Below are positions 19,246-28,786 of a stretch of 64,000 bases of DNA, piece after piece. Origin of the DNA: a virus. Every line of letters begins with the position of its first letter. The first letter of the stretch is position 1. The stretch lies in the IMG/VR virus record IMGVR_UViG_3300045988_178640. One strand, given 5' to 3'. The translations under genes were made by a program, and so were the position numbers. The notes beneath the pieces were generated by a model. The model saw only the letters and a list, made by a program, of their open reading frames with translations. It was not told the DNA's origin and made no database searches.

Positions 19246-19845
19246 ATGGCATATATCGCCAATACCGCTTTCGAGATCAAGGTGTCCAACCATGAGTTCG
19301 ACAGCGCATCCAACATTACCGGTGTTTTTTACAACGCCACCCCCGCAGAGGAAATTTGCTCCGCCGGTTTCCTGTGCAAGAAGGACGAGCTGCTGCCCAA
19401 CGAGGGCTACGCCGGTGTGAACAACAACAACACCTGGAAGATGAAGGCCGCCGTAGCCGCCGACCTGGTGGACACAGCCATTTACGCCTGCAACACCTTT
19501 GACGTGAACGAAGTGCAGGACCCCGTGAACGGCAACATTTACAAGGTTGGCGCGAACACGCTGGGTCTGCCCGCTCCCGCCGGACGGCGCGTGACCTATA
19601 CCCGCATCAAGTTTGCGGAACAGGGCCATTACCGTTTTGGTGTTGGCAACCTGAGCACCGAACTGGGTTCCAACACCTATTTCACGATTGCCAACGGTCT
19701 GCTGGTGCCCGCCGCTACGGCCCCTACCGTAAACGGCACGCCATACTTTAAGCTGCTGGGAACCGGCAACTTTACCGAGGGCGCGTACAACAGCTTTGGC
19801 TATGTGGACGTTGAAGCCCACTATGTCATTGTAAACGCGGGCTGA
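19246..19845 (+). CDS. head-associated structural protein (decoration-like, by position)
   Basis: 199 aa immediately upstream of the major capsid gene. Confidence 0.45.
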   Translation: MAYIANTAFEIKVSNHEFDSASNITGVFYNATPAEEICSAGFLCKKDELLPNEGYAGVNNNNTWKMKAAVAADLVDTAIYACNTFDVNEVQDPVNGNIYKVGANTLGLPAPAGRRVTYTRIKFAEQGHYRFGVGNLSTELGSNTYFTIANGLLVPAATAPTVNGTPYFKLLGTGNFTEGAYNSFGYVDVEAHYVIVNAG

Positions 19846-19866
19846 TTTGAGAGGAGTTGAAGATAC

Positions 19867-21108
19867 ATGGATAGCATTCGTCTGAACAACCTGTCCAACG
19901 ACGTGTTCAAGACTACTCCCGCGCAGTGCGGAGGCAGCCAGGAACGTTCCGCCATTATTAACCTGGGCCGTCTGCTGACTGCCGAGAGCGCTGGCCGTGG
20001 CATGAACACCCTGCGCAACGCTGAAAAGCGGAGCGAGCAGTTTACCACCGTACTGTCCAAGGACATGAACTACAAGGACCTGAACGCCAAGGTACAGCGC
20101 AACATGCTGCTGTTCTGCGCAGGTATTGCCGACAAGGCCATGGGCAAGGAACCCTGCGCCGATATGGACGAGTTCCGCCGGAACCAGCGCGCCTACTTTA
20201 CTGACAACCTGTTCCTGCGGGCTTTGGCCGGTATTGTGACCGAGATTGTGACCCCTGTGCTGCCCGCTGTTACCAGCGACGCCATGGACTGGGTGGCGCA
20301 GACCGTGAACGTGCCCCTGGGCCAGACCCGTGAGATTGACGTGCAGAGCAACGACATCTTCCTGTTTGAAGATGACAGTTGGGGCGCTTCCCGCAGCAAG
20401 CCCAGCAACTACCTGTACGACAAGACCGTTACGCTGAACCCCACCCTGCGTACCGCCAAGGCTACCTGGAAGTGGTACCAGCTGGCTGGCAACGACGCCG
20501 ACCTGGGCCGCACCTTTAACGCCATTTCCGCCGGTATGTACAGCAAGATTACCGCCATGTGGGTGAACGCCCTGAAAACGGCCGCGACCAACCCGGGCCT
20601 GATTCCCACCAACATGCAGTTTACCTACAGCAACGCCAACTGGATTACCGCCGCAAAGCGCGTGGCCATGCTGAACGGTACCGGCATTAACAACGTGATG
20701 GCATTTGGCGACCTGCTGGCCCTGAGCCATGTGCTGCCCGCCACCGCCAACGGTTCCAACGCCAACCTGGACGCCGCGCTGGCGACCATGCTGGGCGTTG
20801 AGTGGGCGCGTTACGGCTACCTGGGCGACTTTATGGGCGTTAGCATGTTCCCCATCAGCCAGGCGGTTGTTCCCGGCACCCAGAACACCACCGTTACGGA
20901 GGTTGTGCCCAACAACACCATCTGGATGACGGCGGCCCCCAGCAATTCCTACAAGCCCCTGTTCATCGGCTTTGAGGAAGGAACGCCAATTGTCGTGCAG
21001 TTGGATCCCAGCGTCACCGGGGACCAGACTTTGGACGTAATGGTTTCCATTTCCATTGATGTGGTCCCGGTGTTTTCCTCTAAGCTCGCTGTAATTAGTC
21101 CTGTGTAA
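19867..21108 (+). CDS. major capsid protein (by size and position)
   Basis: 413 aa after the scaffold, followed by a structured intergenic region. Confidence 0.6.
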   Translation: MDSIRLNNLSNDVFKTTPAQCGGSQERSAIINLGRLLTAESAGRGMNTLRNAEKRSEQFTTVLSKDMNYKDLNAKVQRNMLLFCAGIADKAMGKEPCADMDEFRRNQRAYFTDNLFLRALAGIVTEIVTPVLPAVTSDAMDWVAQTVNVPLGQTREIDVQSNDIFLFEDDSWGASRSKPSNYLYDKTVTLNPTLRTAKATWKWYQLAGNDADLGRTFNAISAGMYSKITAMWVNALKTAATNPGLIPTNMQFTYSNANWITAAKRVAMLNGTGINNVMAFGDLLALSHVLPATANGSNANLDAALATMLGVEWARYGYLGDFMGVSMFPISQAVVPGTQNTTVTEVVPNNTIWMTAAPSNSYKPLFIGFEEGTPIVVQLDPSVTGDQTLDVMVSISIDVVPVFSSKLAVISPV

Positions 21109-21284
21109 TAAACGGTAATATAAATTACTATTACAAACATTAACAACGTGCCGTGAAGCCACGCTTCCCACGTTAGGAGGGGCAGTCAACGCCCCTCCCC
21201 ATGCAGATAAAAGCATAGCGGAGGCGCACATCCTCCGGTCTGCACAGATAAAAAAGAAAGGCCATAGAAAAGGAGCGGATAGAA

Positions 21285-22070
21285 ATGGCAATGACTGAGG
21301 AACAGAAACGAGTGGCGGCGGCAGAACGCATGCGCAAGGCACGAGCGGCCAAGAAAGAAGCGGAAGAAAAGGCTGCGGTGGAAGCGGCAGTGGAAGAAAT
21401 CGTGGAGCCGGAAACTGCTACAGTGAAGGAAGAAAAGCCTGCTGAACCCACCTTTACCAAGGAACAGGTGCAGCAGATGATTGCCGAGGCGGTAGCCAAG
21501 GCGCGTGATTCCGTACAGCCCACCATTATTCAGGTGCAGGGCGACCAGGAGAAGATTGTGCTGCGGTTCCAGGCGGAGGTTGCGGACGATAACGTGGCCG
21601 TGTTTGGCGACGGCGGCTATTACGGACGGATTACCGGCAAACACGGCATTCTGACCGTACCCAAGAGCGATTTTAGCCGGTTTTATTCCGAACAGGTGCA
21701 ATGGATGCTGGACCACCGCTGGCTGATTGTGCTGAGCGGCATGACGGATGACGAGCGGGAGCTGTACCGGGTGAAGTACCGCGAGGGAGAATATCTGGAC
21801 GAAATGGCCTTTTCCAAGATGCTGGATATGAGCGAGGAAGAAATGCTGGGCATCTTCCCCAAGCTGTGCGACAGCTACAAGGAAATGGTGGCGCGGCGAT
21901 TTGCTACCGCATACCAGCATGGTGACGTGCGTGCGACCGAGCGGCGCGGCCTGATTAAAAAGCTGAACGACATGACCAAGACGATGTTTGCGGATAAGAC
22001 CGAGAACGACCCGCGTCGCAAAGGCTTGTTTGCGGGGATTCTTGAGGAAATGAACCGCAAGGACGTATAA
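21285..22070 (+). CDS. hypothetical structural-module protein with Lys/Glu/Ala-rich N-terminus
   Basis: ORF with AAAGGAG SD. Confidence 0.5.
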   Translation: MAMTEEQKRVAAAERMRKARAAKKEAEEKAAVEAAVEEIVEPETATVKEEKPAEPTFTKEQVQQMIAEAVAKARDSVQPTIIQVQGDQEKIVLRFQAEVADDNVAVFGDGGYYGRITGKHGILTVPKSDFSRFYSEQVQWMLDHRWLIVLSGMTDDERELYRVKYREGEYLDEMAFSKMLDMSEEEMLGIFPKLCDSYKEMVARRFATAYQHGDVRATERRGLIKKLNDMTKTMFADKTENDPRRKGLFAGILEEMNRKDV

Positions 22071-22086
22071 GGGAGGCGTTATTCCT

Positions 22087-22404
22087 ATGAGCTGGGGCAA
22101 TATTTACAACGTGGCGGTAACGAGCGCCTTTAGCGGAGACGCGCTGCCAGCGGTGAAAAACGCCATTCATACGGCGTACTTTGACGATGACACACACTAT
22201 CCGATGATTGGTGTGTGTGATATGCGGGCTGCCGACGCGTTTACTGTAACGTTTAACAAAGAAAACACGCTGGCCGCCGTAAAGATGCCCAGCGGGGAAT
22301 ATGGCATAACTTATGCGGGCGGCATTGACCAGATCAAGTTTGAAGCGTCCATAACGCTGACCTGGTTTCAGGTGCAGTGGGCGTATGCGGGCGTGACAAA
22401 GTAA
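22087..22404 (+). CDS. hypothetical head-tail connector region protein
   Basis: Position only. Confidence 0.45.
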   Translation: MSWGNIYNVAVTSAFSGDALPAVKNAIHTAYFDDDTHYPMIGVCDMRAADAFTVTFNKENTLAAVKMPSGEYGITYAGGIDQIKFEASITLTWFQVQWAYAGVTK

Positions 22405-22433
22405 GGCGAAGAAAGACTGAAAGGAGGATGACC

Positions 22434-23207
22434 ATGAAGGTAACATTCAGCGAAATATTGACGCAATACGCGATGCAGGAAATTGACGACATTAACTGGG
22501 TGCGGGAACTGGCGGTAAGCCCGGCGCGTTTTTTACGGGCGAAAAGCGACATGTTAATTATGGCCATCCCCTATTTCAGCAGACCCGTACAGATGCAGCA
22601 ATGGCTGAAATACAAGCCGCCTGATTACGATGATTATCTTTATACGGTTACATCGGATAAAACTGCGCCTGTGGTGATTGCGACAGGGAAAACGAACTAT
22701 GAACTGTGCAGCGCCGTGATAACCACGGAGGACGCGGTGGGAAACGTGACGGTTACCCCTGTGGCGGCGGAGTATGATGCGGAAACCGGGAATGTAACCG
22801 TGAACCAGAACTTGACAGCCGGTCAAAAAGTGGACATGGACTTTTACACGGACGGCGTGTTTGAATACGCGCTGGACCCGGAACAATGCAGAATCCTTGG
22901 AACGTGCGTGGCGTATGTGTGGAACACGCGATTCGCCAACAAGTGGCTGAACATGCAGCCGAAGATCGCGGACAACTCCTTTAAAGTTGGAAGTGAAAGC
23001 GCCCACATTACGGCTGAAACCGCGAGGCTGAAAGAACTGCGGCTGGCGCTGAACGATACGCTGCTTCATTACGAGCAGAACTTGAACAGGCGGCAGAACG
23101 CTACTGTGTTTAGCAAACTGAAAAGCCCCGTGCGCGCCGCGGCAAACGTTAGCCAAAAAGCCGCGTATGTTCCCTTGTATGTCTTAAATACCGAGGGGAA
23201 CGGCTAA
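22434..23207 (+). CDS. hypothetical head-tail connector region protein
   Basis: AAAGGAGG SD; position only. Confidence 0.45.
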   Translation: MKVTFSEILTQYAMQEIDDINWVRELAVSPARFLRAKSDMLIMAIPYFSRPVQMQQWLKYKPPDYDDYLYTVTSDKTAPVVIATGKTNYELCSAVITTEDAVGNVTVTPVAAEYDAETGNVTVNQNLTAGQKVDMDFYTDGVFEYALDPEQCRILGTCVAYVWNTRFANKWLNMQPKIADNSFKVGSESAHITAETARLKELRLALNDTLLHYEQNLNRRQNATVFSKLKSPVRAAANVSQKAAYVPLYVLNTEGNG

Positions 23208-23230
23208 ACCCAAAGGGAGGTTGATGGAAC

Positions 23231-24616
23231 ATGCAGAAGGGCATTAAAAACGCGCTGATAGCGGGCGGAAGTTTTGCCATGGGCTATTCCACCAACAGCC
23301 CGTATAACGCGGACACTCTGCACCAATATTACGGGGATGAGACAAAAGCCTTTTTTCACGAAAACCTGAAATGGAGCAGTAATTTGGTACGCGCACAGGT
23401 GCAGGGTGTAAATTATGACGATTTCTATGCATATACTACTTTAAATGTAAGGACCGCAAACCTGATTGACCCCACGACGGGCAAGAATCTGGGAAGCGAC
23501 TGGCAGCGTATCATCATAGAGAATCCGTCCGTTGATTTTTTGCCGCGCGGGGCGAAGGTGATTTACAACGGGAACGTGTGGCTGGTTACGAACCCAATGA
23601 ACATTCAGAGTGTGACCGGCACCAGCGTGGTGCGCCGGTGCAACGCCACATGGCATTATTTGGACTACTATGGGAACGTGAAATCCGAGCCGTTTTGCTA
23701 TGGGCAGGGCGATATTAACCTGGCTACGGGAAACAGCGTGAAGGACAACATGATTCTGATGGATTCCTACCAGCACTGCGTGATGCAGTACAACCCTGAC
23801 ACCGCCGTGATTGCCCACAACATGAGAATGATTTTGGGGAACCAGGCTTATTCCGTTCGGGGCGTGCAGGATTTTGTACAGGAGTTCAGCCTGGACGAAG
23901 AAAGCACGCACATTCAGTTCTTTGACCTGGAAACAGCCGAACCGCTTGTGATTGACGACATGGAAAACAAGGTGGCTGGCGGAAAAACCTTCCGATGGGA
24001 AATACGGCTTTCCGCCAGCGGCGACATGCAGGCGGGAACAAGCCAGAAGATGACGGTAGCCAGTTACCGGTCACCGGACGGGAAGGTAGAAGAATGGGCG
24101 TACTCGCAGGACAATGCGGGGAAATACATGACGGCGCAGAAAAGCGGCGTTGCGGAGCTGCTGCTGGTGAAAAGCGAAGTGCGCTATGTATGGACTTGCA
24201 GCGATGAAACGGTCGCGACCGTGGATGAAACAGGAACCGTGACGGCCATTAAAAGCGGGACAGCCGTAATAACCTGCGCGCTTGCGGAAAACCCGAGCAT
24301 TTGGCAGGAGTTTACGATAGAGGTGTCCGGTGCGCAGACAGGGGCAAGCATTGTTTGGAAAGAAATTGCGCCTGACGAACTTGCCCAGTACGAGAGCGCA
24401 ACCATTAGCGCCGTGGTATTTGAGAATGGCGAAGAAACGGAAAAGGGCGTTGCCTTTGCCCTTAGCGGCCCGGAAGAAGGCGCGTATTACAGCGCTGAAA
24501 CAAACGGAAACAGCGTGACTGTGACCTGCTGGCTGCCAAGCCCAACACCGCTGGTGATAACGGCTACGGCTGACGGGGCTGAAAACCGGGCAACCATTCG
24601 GCTGAAAGGGTGGTAA
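23231..24616 (+). CDS. structural protein with C-terminal bacterial Ig-like (Big_2) domain
   Basis: VWTCSDETVATVDETGTVTAIKSGTAVITCAL matches the Big_2 signature. Confidence 0.6.
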   Translation: MQKGIKNALIAGGSFAMGYSTNSPYNADTLHQYYGDETKAFFHENLKWSSNLVRAQVQGVNYDDFYAYTTLNVRTANLIDPTTGKNLGSDWQRIIIENPSVDFLPRGAKVIYNGNVWLVTNPMNIQSVTGTSVVRRCNATWHYLDYYGNVKSEPFCYGQGDINLATGNSVKDNMILMDSYQHCVMQYNPDTAVIAHNMRMILGNQAYSVRGVQDFVQEFSLDEESTHIQFFDLETAEPLVIDDMENKVAGGKTFRWEIRLSASGDMQAGTSQKMTVASYRSPDGKVEEWAYSQDNAGKYMTAQKSGVAELLLVKSEVRYVWTCSDETVATVDETGTVTAIKSGTAVITCALAENPSIWQEFTIEVSGAQTGASIVWKEIAPDELAQYESATISAVVFENGEETEKGVAFALSGPEEGAYYSAETNGNSVTVTCWLPSPTPLVITATADGAENRATIRLKGW

Positions 24617-24822
24617 TGAGAATGCGGTATGATTGCCCAAACGCCATTAGGGCAAGAGGATTTCCCCAGATTTTATGCAAAGCGCTGATGAAGAATGAGG
24701 AAGTTCCCTTGCAGCTTATGGAAAAGGCCGTTTGCTGTTGCGCACATCAATATTTTTGCCCGCAAACCCAAAGGTGGGAAAACACAGTGGGGGCTAAAAG
24801 GTGCCCCAAAAGTAATACATAG
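24616..24822 (+). CDS. hypothetical small Cys-rich protein
   Basis: ORF only. Confidence 0.3.
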   Translation: MRMRYDCPNAIRARGFPQILCKALMKNEEVPLQLMEKAVCCCAHQYFCPQTQRWENTVGAKRCPKSNT

Positions 24823-24838
24823 AAAGTAGAGATGTACG

Positions 24839-25180
24839 ATGAGCGAACCGGCCCTGATTGCGGTACTGAGCAGCGGCGCAGTTGCCGCCCTGATTAGCGG
24901 TATTTTTTCCATCATATCCATTCGGGTGCAGAACAGGATTCAAAAGGCGGCGCAAGCTACAAACAAGAACGCGGCCATTGCGGAAGGCGTGAAATTCCTG
25001 CTATACGACAGGATAAAGCATTTGGGGAACAGTTATATTCAGCGCGGGTATGTAACGAGCGAACAGCTGGAAGATTTAATGATGATGCACCAGGTGTACC
25101 ACGACAAAACCAAACTGAATGGGAACGGATTCCTTGATAACCTGATGGCGCAGGTACAGAATTTACCCATTCGTAACTGA
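24839..25180 (+). CDS. membrane-anchored small protein
   Basis: N-terminal TM segment ALIAVLSSGAVAALISGIFSIISI. Confidence 0.45.
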   Translation: MSEPALIAVLSSGAVAALISGIFSIISIRVQNRIQKAAQATNKNAAIAEGVKFLLYDRIKHLGNSYIQRGYVTSEQLEDLMMMHQVYHDKTKLNGNGFLDNLMAQVQNLPIRN

Positions 25181-25221
25181 CGAGAACACAGCAATCCATT
25201 AGAGAAAGAGGTAAAGTAGAA

Positions 25222-25962
25222 ATGGAAAGCACCAAGATTGTGATTACCAGCGACATTATCAAAAAGGCAAGCACCTACATTCCCATTATGGAAAAGCAGC
25301 GCATGGTGGAAGCCATTGCGCCGCTGTGCGTGGCGAAGGTAAAACTGAGCTACATTCCTACCGGGGCTGCTGACAACGAAACGCAGAGCGCCCCGGACCG
25401 GCACCAGGAAGTGAAGTGCCTGACCAACCTGTTTCTGATGGGCATTTTGGCGCACGAATACCTGCGCATGCCGTATGACGGAGATGAAGTGCGGGACGGA
25501 TACCGCCATTTGCAGATGCCAGCCAATGTTTACGACAAGTGGGCCGGAAGCCATGTAATGAACCAGTTGGAGCGGCTGAAAAAGGACAAGGACCTGACCG
25601 AGACCATTTTCGACCTGATGTACGACTACAAGGAAATGCGCTGGCTGCTTGCCAACGAGGTCGAAACCATTCTGGGTCACAACAACGACCCGGTATGGCG
25701 GCTGATGGACGCCTTTAACCACGCGGTGACCGCAGAGGTGAACGGTGCCATTGAGCCGATGATTGCCCATGCGCGTGAACGTGCGGAGAAGGAAAAAGCA
25801 AGCGAACCACAGACGCAGGAAGAAAAGATTGCAGCCGCCAAAAAGACGCTGGCGCAGATGGACGCGGTAAGCGAGAAGCTGAAAAACCTGGACAAGGCCC
25901 GTGAAAAACTGCGTGAGCAGCTTGAAATTGCGGAGAAGGGCGAAGGGCAGAAGAATGCTTGA
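25222..25962 (+). CDS. hypothetical structural-module protein
   Basis: ORF; coiled-coil C-terminus. Confidence 0.5.
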   Translation: MESTKIVITSDIIKKASTYIPIMEKQRMVEAIAPLCVAKVKLSYIPTGAADNETQSAPDRHQEVKCLTNLFLMGILAHEYLRMPYDGDEVRDGYRHLQMPANVYDKWAGSHVMNQLERLKKDKDLTETIFDLMYDYKEMRWLLANEVETILGHNNDPVWRLMDAFNHAVTAEVNGAIEPMIAHARERAEKEKASEPQTQEEKIAAAKKTLAQMDAVSEKLKNLDKAREKLREQLEIAEKGEGQKNA

Positions 25963-26614
25963 CCCGGCGATTCAGTACCACCCCTATGAACGGGTACAGG
26001 ACTACGGTTCCCTTCCTGAACTGGAAAAAGTGCCAAAGATGGTGCGGGACTACCTGATGGATATGCCGGGGCCGGGCTATACGCCTCCGGACAACAACGA
26101 AAGCTACCGTTGCTGCCTGATGAAATACCTGTACTACGATGGGGAAAATCCGTTAGCGGAAACGCTGCCCACTGTGGAAGAAAAGCAAAGCATTGTATAC
26201 AACCCCAACAGCCCCGACAAGCCGCCTACGGAAAAGAACTACCGCATCTTCACCCAGCAGCTTGTAAGCCAGGCACAGACCCACGGCGTGACCACCATGC
26301 GCATTTACATGGGGCGTGTGATACCAACCGACAGCCAGACGGCCAAGGCCAGCGTGGTTATAGACTTTTTAACCAACGGCGATTACGATTCCAACACAAA
26401 GACCATTGACCTGAGCCGAACCTACGCCATGGCCTGTTTGGCACAAAGGGCGCTGAGCGGCGTAAACATGGGCGCGGGGGTAGGGACGTTTACCTTTAAC
26501 CGGTACGAGCACGCGGACGCCAGCATACAGCCCATTAACGACGAGATTACCAACGTGGGCTACCGGCTGACCATGGGGCTGACGGTGATGGGTAGTACGG
26601 CATACGGGCAATAA
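25955..26614 (+). CDS. hypothetical structural-module protein
   Basis: Overlap-coupled to the previous gene. Confidence 0.5.
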   Translation: MLDPAIQYHPYERVQDYGSLPELEKVPKMVRDYLMDMPGPGYTPPDNNESYRCCLMKYLYYDGENPLAETLPTVEEKQSIVYNPNSPDKPPTEKNYRIFTQQLVSQAQTHGVTTMRIYMGRVIPTDSQTAKASVVIDFLTNGDYDSNTKTIDLSRTYAMACLAQRALSGVNMGAGVGTFTFNRYEHADASIQPINDEITNVGYRLTMGLTVMGSTAYGQ

Positions 26615-26707
26615 AAAATTTTCGACAAATACCTCCCTTTTCCGTTATCAATTCCAGACATTTTTTCTATACTATAACCGGATAACCTTAAAAAGGGAGG
26701 TAGCCAG

Positions 26708-26890
26708 ATGGCTAAAAAACGTGGCAGACCCGCATCAGAGAAACCGAAAATCTATCAATACCGTTTGCGGATGAGCATTGATGATTTGACGAAACTGAAC
26801 GAGTGCAGCTCTTTATCGGGAAAGCAAAAGGCGGAAGTGTTTAGAGAAGGAATGGAAATGTTCTACCAGCACTTGAAGCAAAACAGTTGA
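26708..26890 (+). CDS. ribbon-helix-helix (CopG/Arc-like) protein
   Basis: MAKKRGRP...YRLRMSIDDLTKLNE...KAEVFREGMEMFY shows the N-terminal GRP plus beta-alpha-alpha pattern shared with the other RHH paralogs. Confidence 0.7.
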   Translation: MAKKRGRPASEKPKIYQYRLRMSIDDLTKLNECSSLSGKQKAEVFREGMEMFYQHLKQNS

Positions 26891-26939
26891 CCTGTTGCAA
26901 CGCGATTATCCTGGAAAAATATGATGGAGGATAAAGCAG

Positions 26940-27175
26940 ATGAAAGAGCTTAAGGTTATAAACCAAGATGGTACTTTGGTTGTTGACAGCCGCGAAGTGG
27001 CAGAAATGGTTGGTATGCGTCATGCTGATTTACTTGAAAAAATCAGCAATTACAAGGGATTTTTAGAGAACGGAAAATTCCGTTTTCAGGATTTCTTCAT
27101 TACCTGATACCTACAAAGTAGAGGGAAAAGTATGTAAGGAACTGACAGCTTGTAATGGCACAAAATAAAATGTGA
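26940..27175 (+). pseudogene. Rha-family antirepressor remnant (N-terminal 55 codons, then stop and frameshift)
   Basis: MKELKVINQDGTLVVDSREVAEMVGMRHADLLEKI...FQDFFI aligns with the intact Rha genes. TGA at 27105. The +1 frame continues DTYKVEGKVCKELT. Confidence 0.65.
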
Positions 27176-27193
27176 CATTTTTTGCAAAACCTA

Positions 27194-27237
27194 TTGACTT
27201 TCTGTTCGACGCATAGTAATATAACGTCGAACAGAAA
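27194..27237 (+). promoter_or_regulatory. sigma70-type promoter with palindromic operator for the RHH gene
   Basis: TTGACT (27194) -17 nt- TAATAT (27217). A perfect 13-bp inverted repeat TTTCTGTTCGACG / CGTCGAACAGAAA flanks the -10. Confidence 0.65.
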
Positions 27238-27251
27238 GTGAGGTGAAAGCA

Positions 27252-27431
27252 ATGTCCCCGCGAACGGGGCGACCGAAGCTCGAAAACTCAAAGCAATGGC
27301 GAATCGGTGTCAGACTGGACGATGAAACCGTTCAGAAACTTCACAAACTGGCGGAGCTGCGGAACGAAACCATTTCCGAAGTCATCCGCAAGGCGATTGA
27401 GCGAGAGTACGAGGAAGCCCAAAAGAAATAG
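27252..27431 (+). CDS. ribbon-helix-helix (CopG/Arc-like) protein
   Basis: MSPRTGRPKLENSKQWRIGVRLDDETVQKLHKLAELRNETISEVIRKAIEREY. SD GTGAGGTG. Confidence 0.75.
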   Translation: MSPRTGRPKLENSKQWRIGVRLDDETVQKLHKLAELRNETISEVIRKAIEREYEEAQKK

Positions 27432-27500
27432 GATAACGGGCCCACGTTTTAGCAGACAAAGCCCATTACCCTATTGCACAGACCAAAGGCCAGCAAGTAA

Positions 27501-27529
27501 ATCTTACCATGCCTGCCGCCTTTGGTCAA
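27501..27529 (-). promoter_or_regulatory. antisense extended -10 promoter, homologous to the small-RNA promoters of the leftward arm
   Basis: Minus strand reads TTGACC-17 nt-TAAGAT preceded by TGn (GCATGGTAAGATTTAC). Compare GCATGTTAAGATTTAC at 61179. The transcript would run antisense into the RHH 3' end; its terminator is unclear. Confidence 0.5.
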
Positions 27530-27569
27530 GCCACAAAAGTACTTTTACAAGCAAAAGGAGAAACGAAAG

Positions 27570-27854
27570 ATGATTCCGACGTTGGAGATGCCCTCTGCCT
27601 GTGAGAGCTTCACGGTAAGCCCTGTGGAAGAAGACCGATTCTATGAACGAATCAACAATGCAATGGCGATGGCTACGGTTTTGGCACGGTACGCAGACCA
27701 GATAAGCGGCCCTGACAGCAGCGAGTTTGCCCTCATTTCCATGGTGGCAGACGGAATATCCGACACGCTGATGACGGCCATAGAAGATTATGAAAATGCG
27801 GTTGAGCGGGACGAGCCGATAACCGAAGCCAATAAGCCGACAGACGACCCTTGA
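27570..27854 (+). CDS. hypothetical acidic protein
   Basis: AAAGGAG SD; ORF. Confidence 0.5.
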   Translation: MIPTLEMPSACESFTVSPVEEDRFYERINNAMAMATVLARYADQISGPDSSEFALISMVADGISDTLMTAIEDYENAVERDEPITEANKPTDDP

Positions 27855-27878
27855 ATATACGAAATGGAGGCTGAAAAT

Positions 27879-28640
27879 TTGATTAGCGAGCTGACCATTA
27901 CCAACCACAACGGAACCCTGGTAGCCGACAGCAGAGAAGTAGCTAACATGATTGGCAAGCGGCATGACCACCTTATGAGGGACATACAGGGATATGCTGC
28001 CGCCATTGAGAAAAGTGCTGAAACCGTTGCTGTGCCTAACGCCCCCAAATTTGGGGCGGTTGATTTCTTCATTCCGAGCACCTATGTAGACCCCAAAGGT
28101 GAAACTCGTCCCTGCTACCTTCTGACGAAGCAAGGGTGCGAGATGGTTGCCAATAAGCTGACCGGCGAGAAGGGCGTACTGTTCACAGCGGCCTATGTGC
28201 AGCAGTTTAACACGATGGAAAAATTCATCAAGGGTGAAAAGCTGGATGCGGACGAAAAGTTTACGATACAGCGGATGAAAGCGGAAGCAGCGCTAAAGAA
28301 CGCCAACGCAAGGCAGGCCGCCTTGTGGGCGAAATTCAGCGACATGCTGAACACGCCGGAACACAAACAGATTTGCGCCGCGTATGGAACGCAAGTGCTG
28401 AACGGCGGACAAATGGTGCTGCCGCTGCCGCAAGTGGAAAAGACGTACAGCGCCAAAGAAGTTGGGGACATGTACGGTATCAGCGCACAGATGGTGGGCA
28501 GACTGGCGAACCAGAACGGGCTGAAAACAAGCGAGTACGGAAGTTTGCGGCTGGACAAAAGCCCGTACTGCGACAAGGAAGTAGAAACCTGGCGGTACAA
28601 CCAGAAAGGCGCGGACGCTATCGGTCGGCTGACGCAATAA
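27879..28640 (+). CDS. Rha-family phage regulatory protein (antirepressor)
   Basis: TLVADSREVANMIGKRHDHLMRDIQGY...FFIPSTYVDPKGETRPCYLLTKQGCEMVANKLTGEKG. TTG start after GGAGG. Confidence 0.8.
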   Translation: MISELTITNHNGTLVADSREVANMIGKRHDHLMRDIQGYAAAIEKSAETVAVPNAPKFGAVDFFIPSTYVDPKGETRPCYLLTKQGCEMVANKLTGEKGVLFTAAYVQQFNTMEKFIKGEKLDADEKFTIQRMKAEAALKNANARQAALWAKFSDMLNTPEHKQICAAYGTQVLNGGQMVLPLPQVEKTYSAKEVGDMYGISAQMVGRLANQNGLKTSEYGSLRLDKSPYCDKEVETWRYNQKGADAIGRLTQ

Positions 28641-28711
28641 CGCCCATTCCCTTTACATAACCCAATATCCCCTATTCTTCCCCGCAGAAAAAGGTTTGCG
28701 GGAAGGCAGAA

Positions 28712-28755
28712 AAGGCTGCAAACGGCAAAACGCCGGTTGCGGCCTTTTGCTTTGC
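28712..28755 (+). terminator. rho-independent terminator closing the island
   Basis: Long imperfect hairpin AAGGCTGCAAACGGC-AAAA-CGCCGGTTGCGGCCTT followed by TTTTGCTTTGC. Confidence 0.6.
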
Positions 28756-28786
28756 ATAAATGAACTGCCAAAGGAGAGGAAAATCA

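Larger units (their letters stand above)
26615..28757 (+). other. regulatory (immI-like) island inserted in the late structural operon
   Basis: Own promoters and terminator; two RHH genes, a Rha remnant, an intact Rha, an antisense promoter; GC dip at 26.6-27.3 kb. Confidence 0.65.

Noticed and set aside
18769-21342. 857-aa minus-strand ORF, the longest ORF in this part of the window
   Set aside because: It is antisense to the scaffold, decoration-like and major capsid genes. Its composition is low-complexity Gly/Val/His/Ala/Gln-rich, which is typical of the open antisense frame in GC-rich coding DNA. It has no SD and no motifs.
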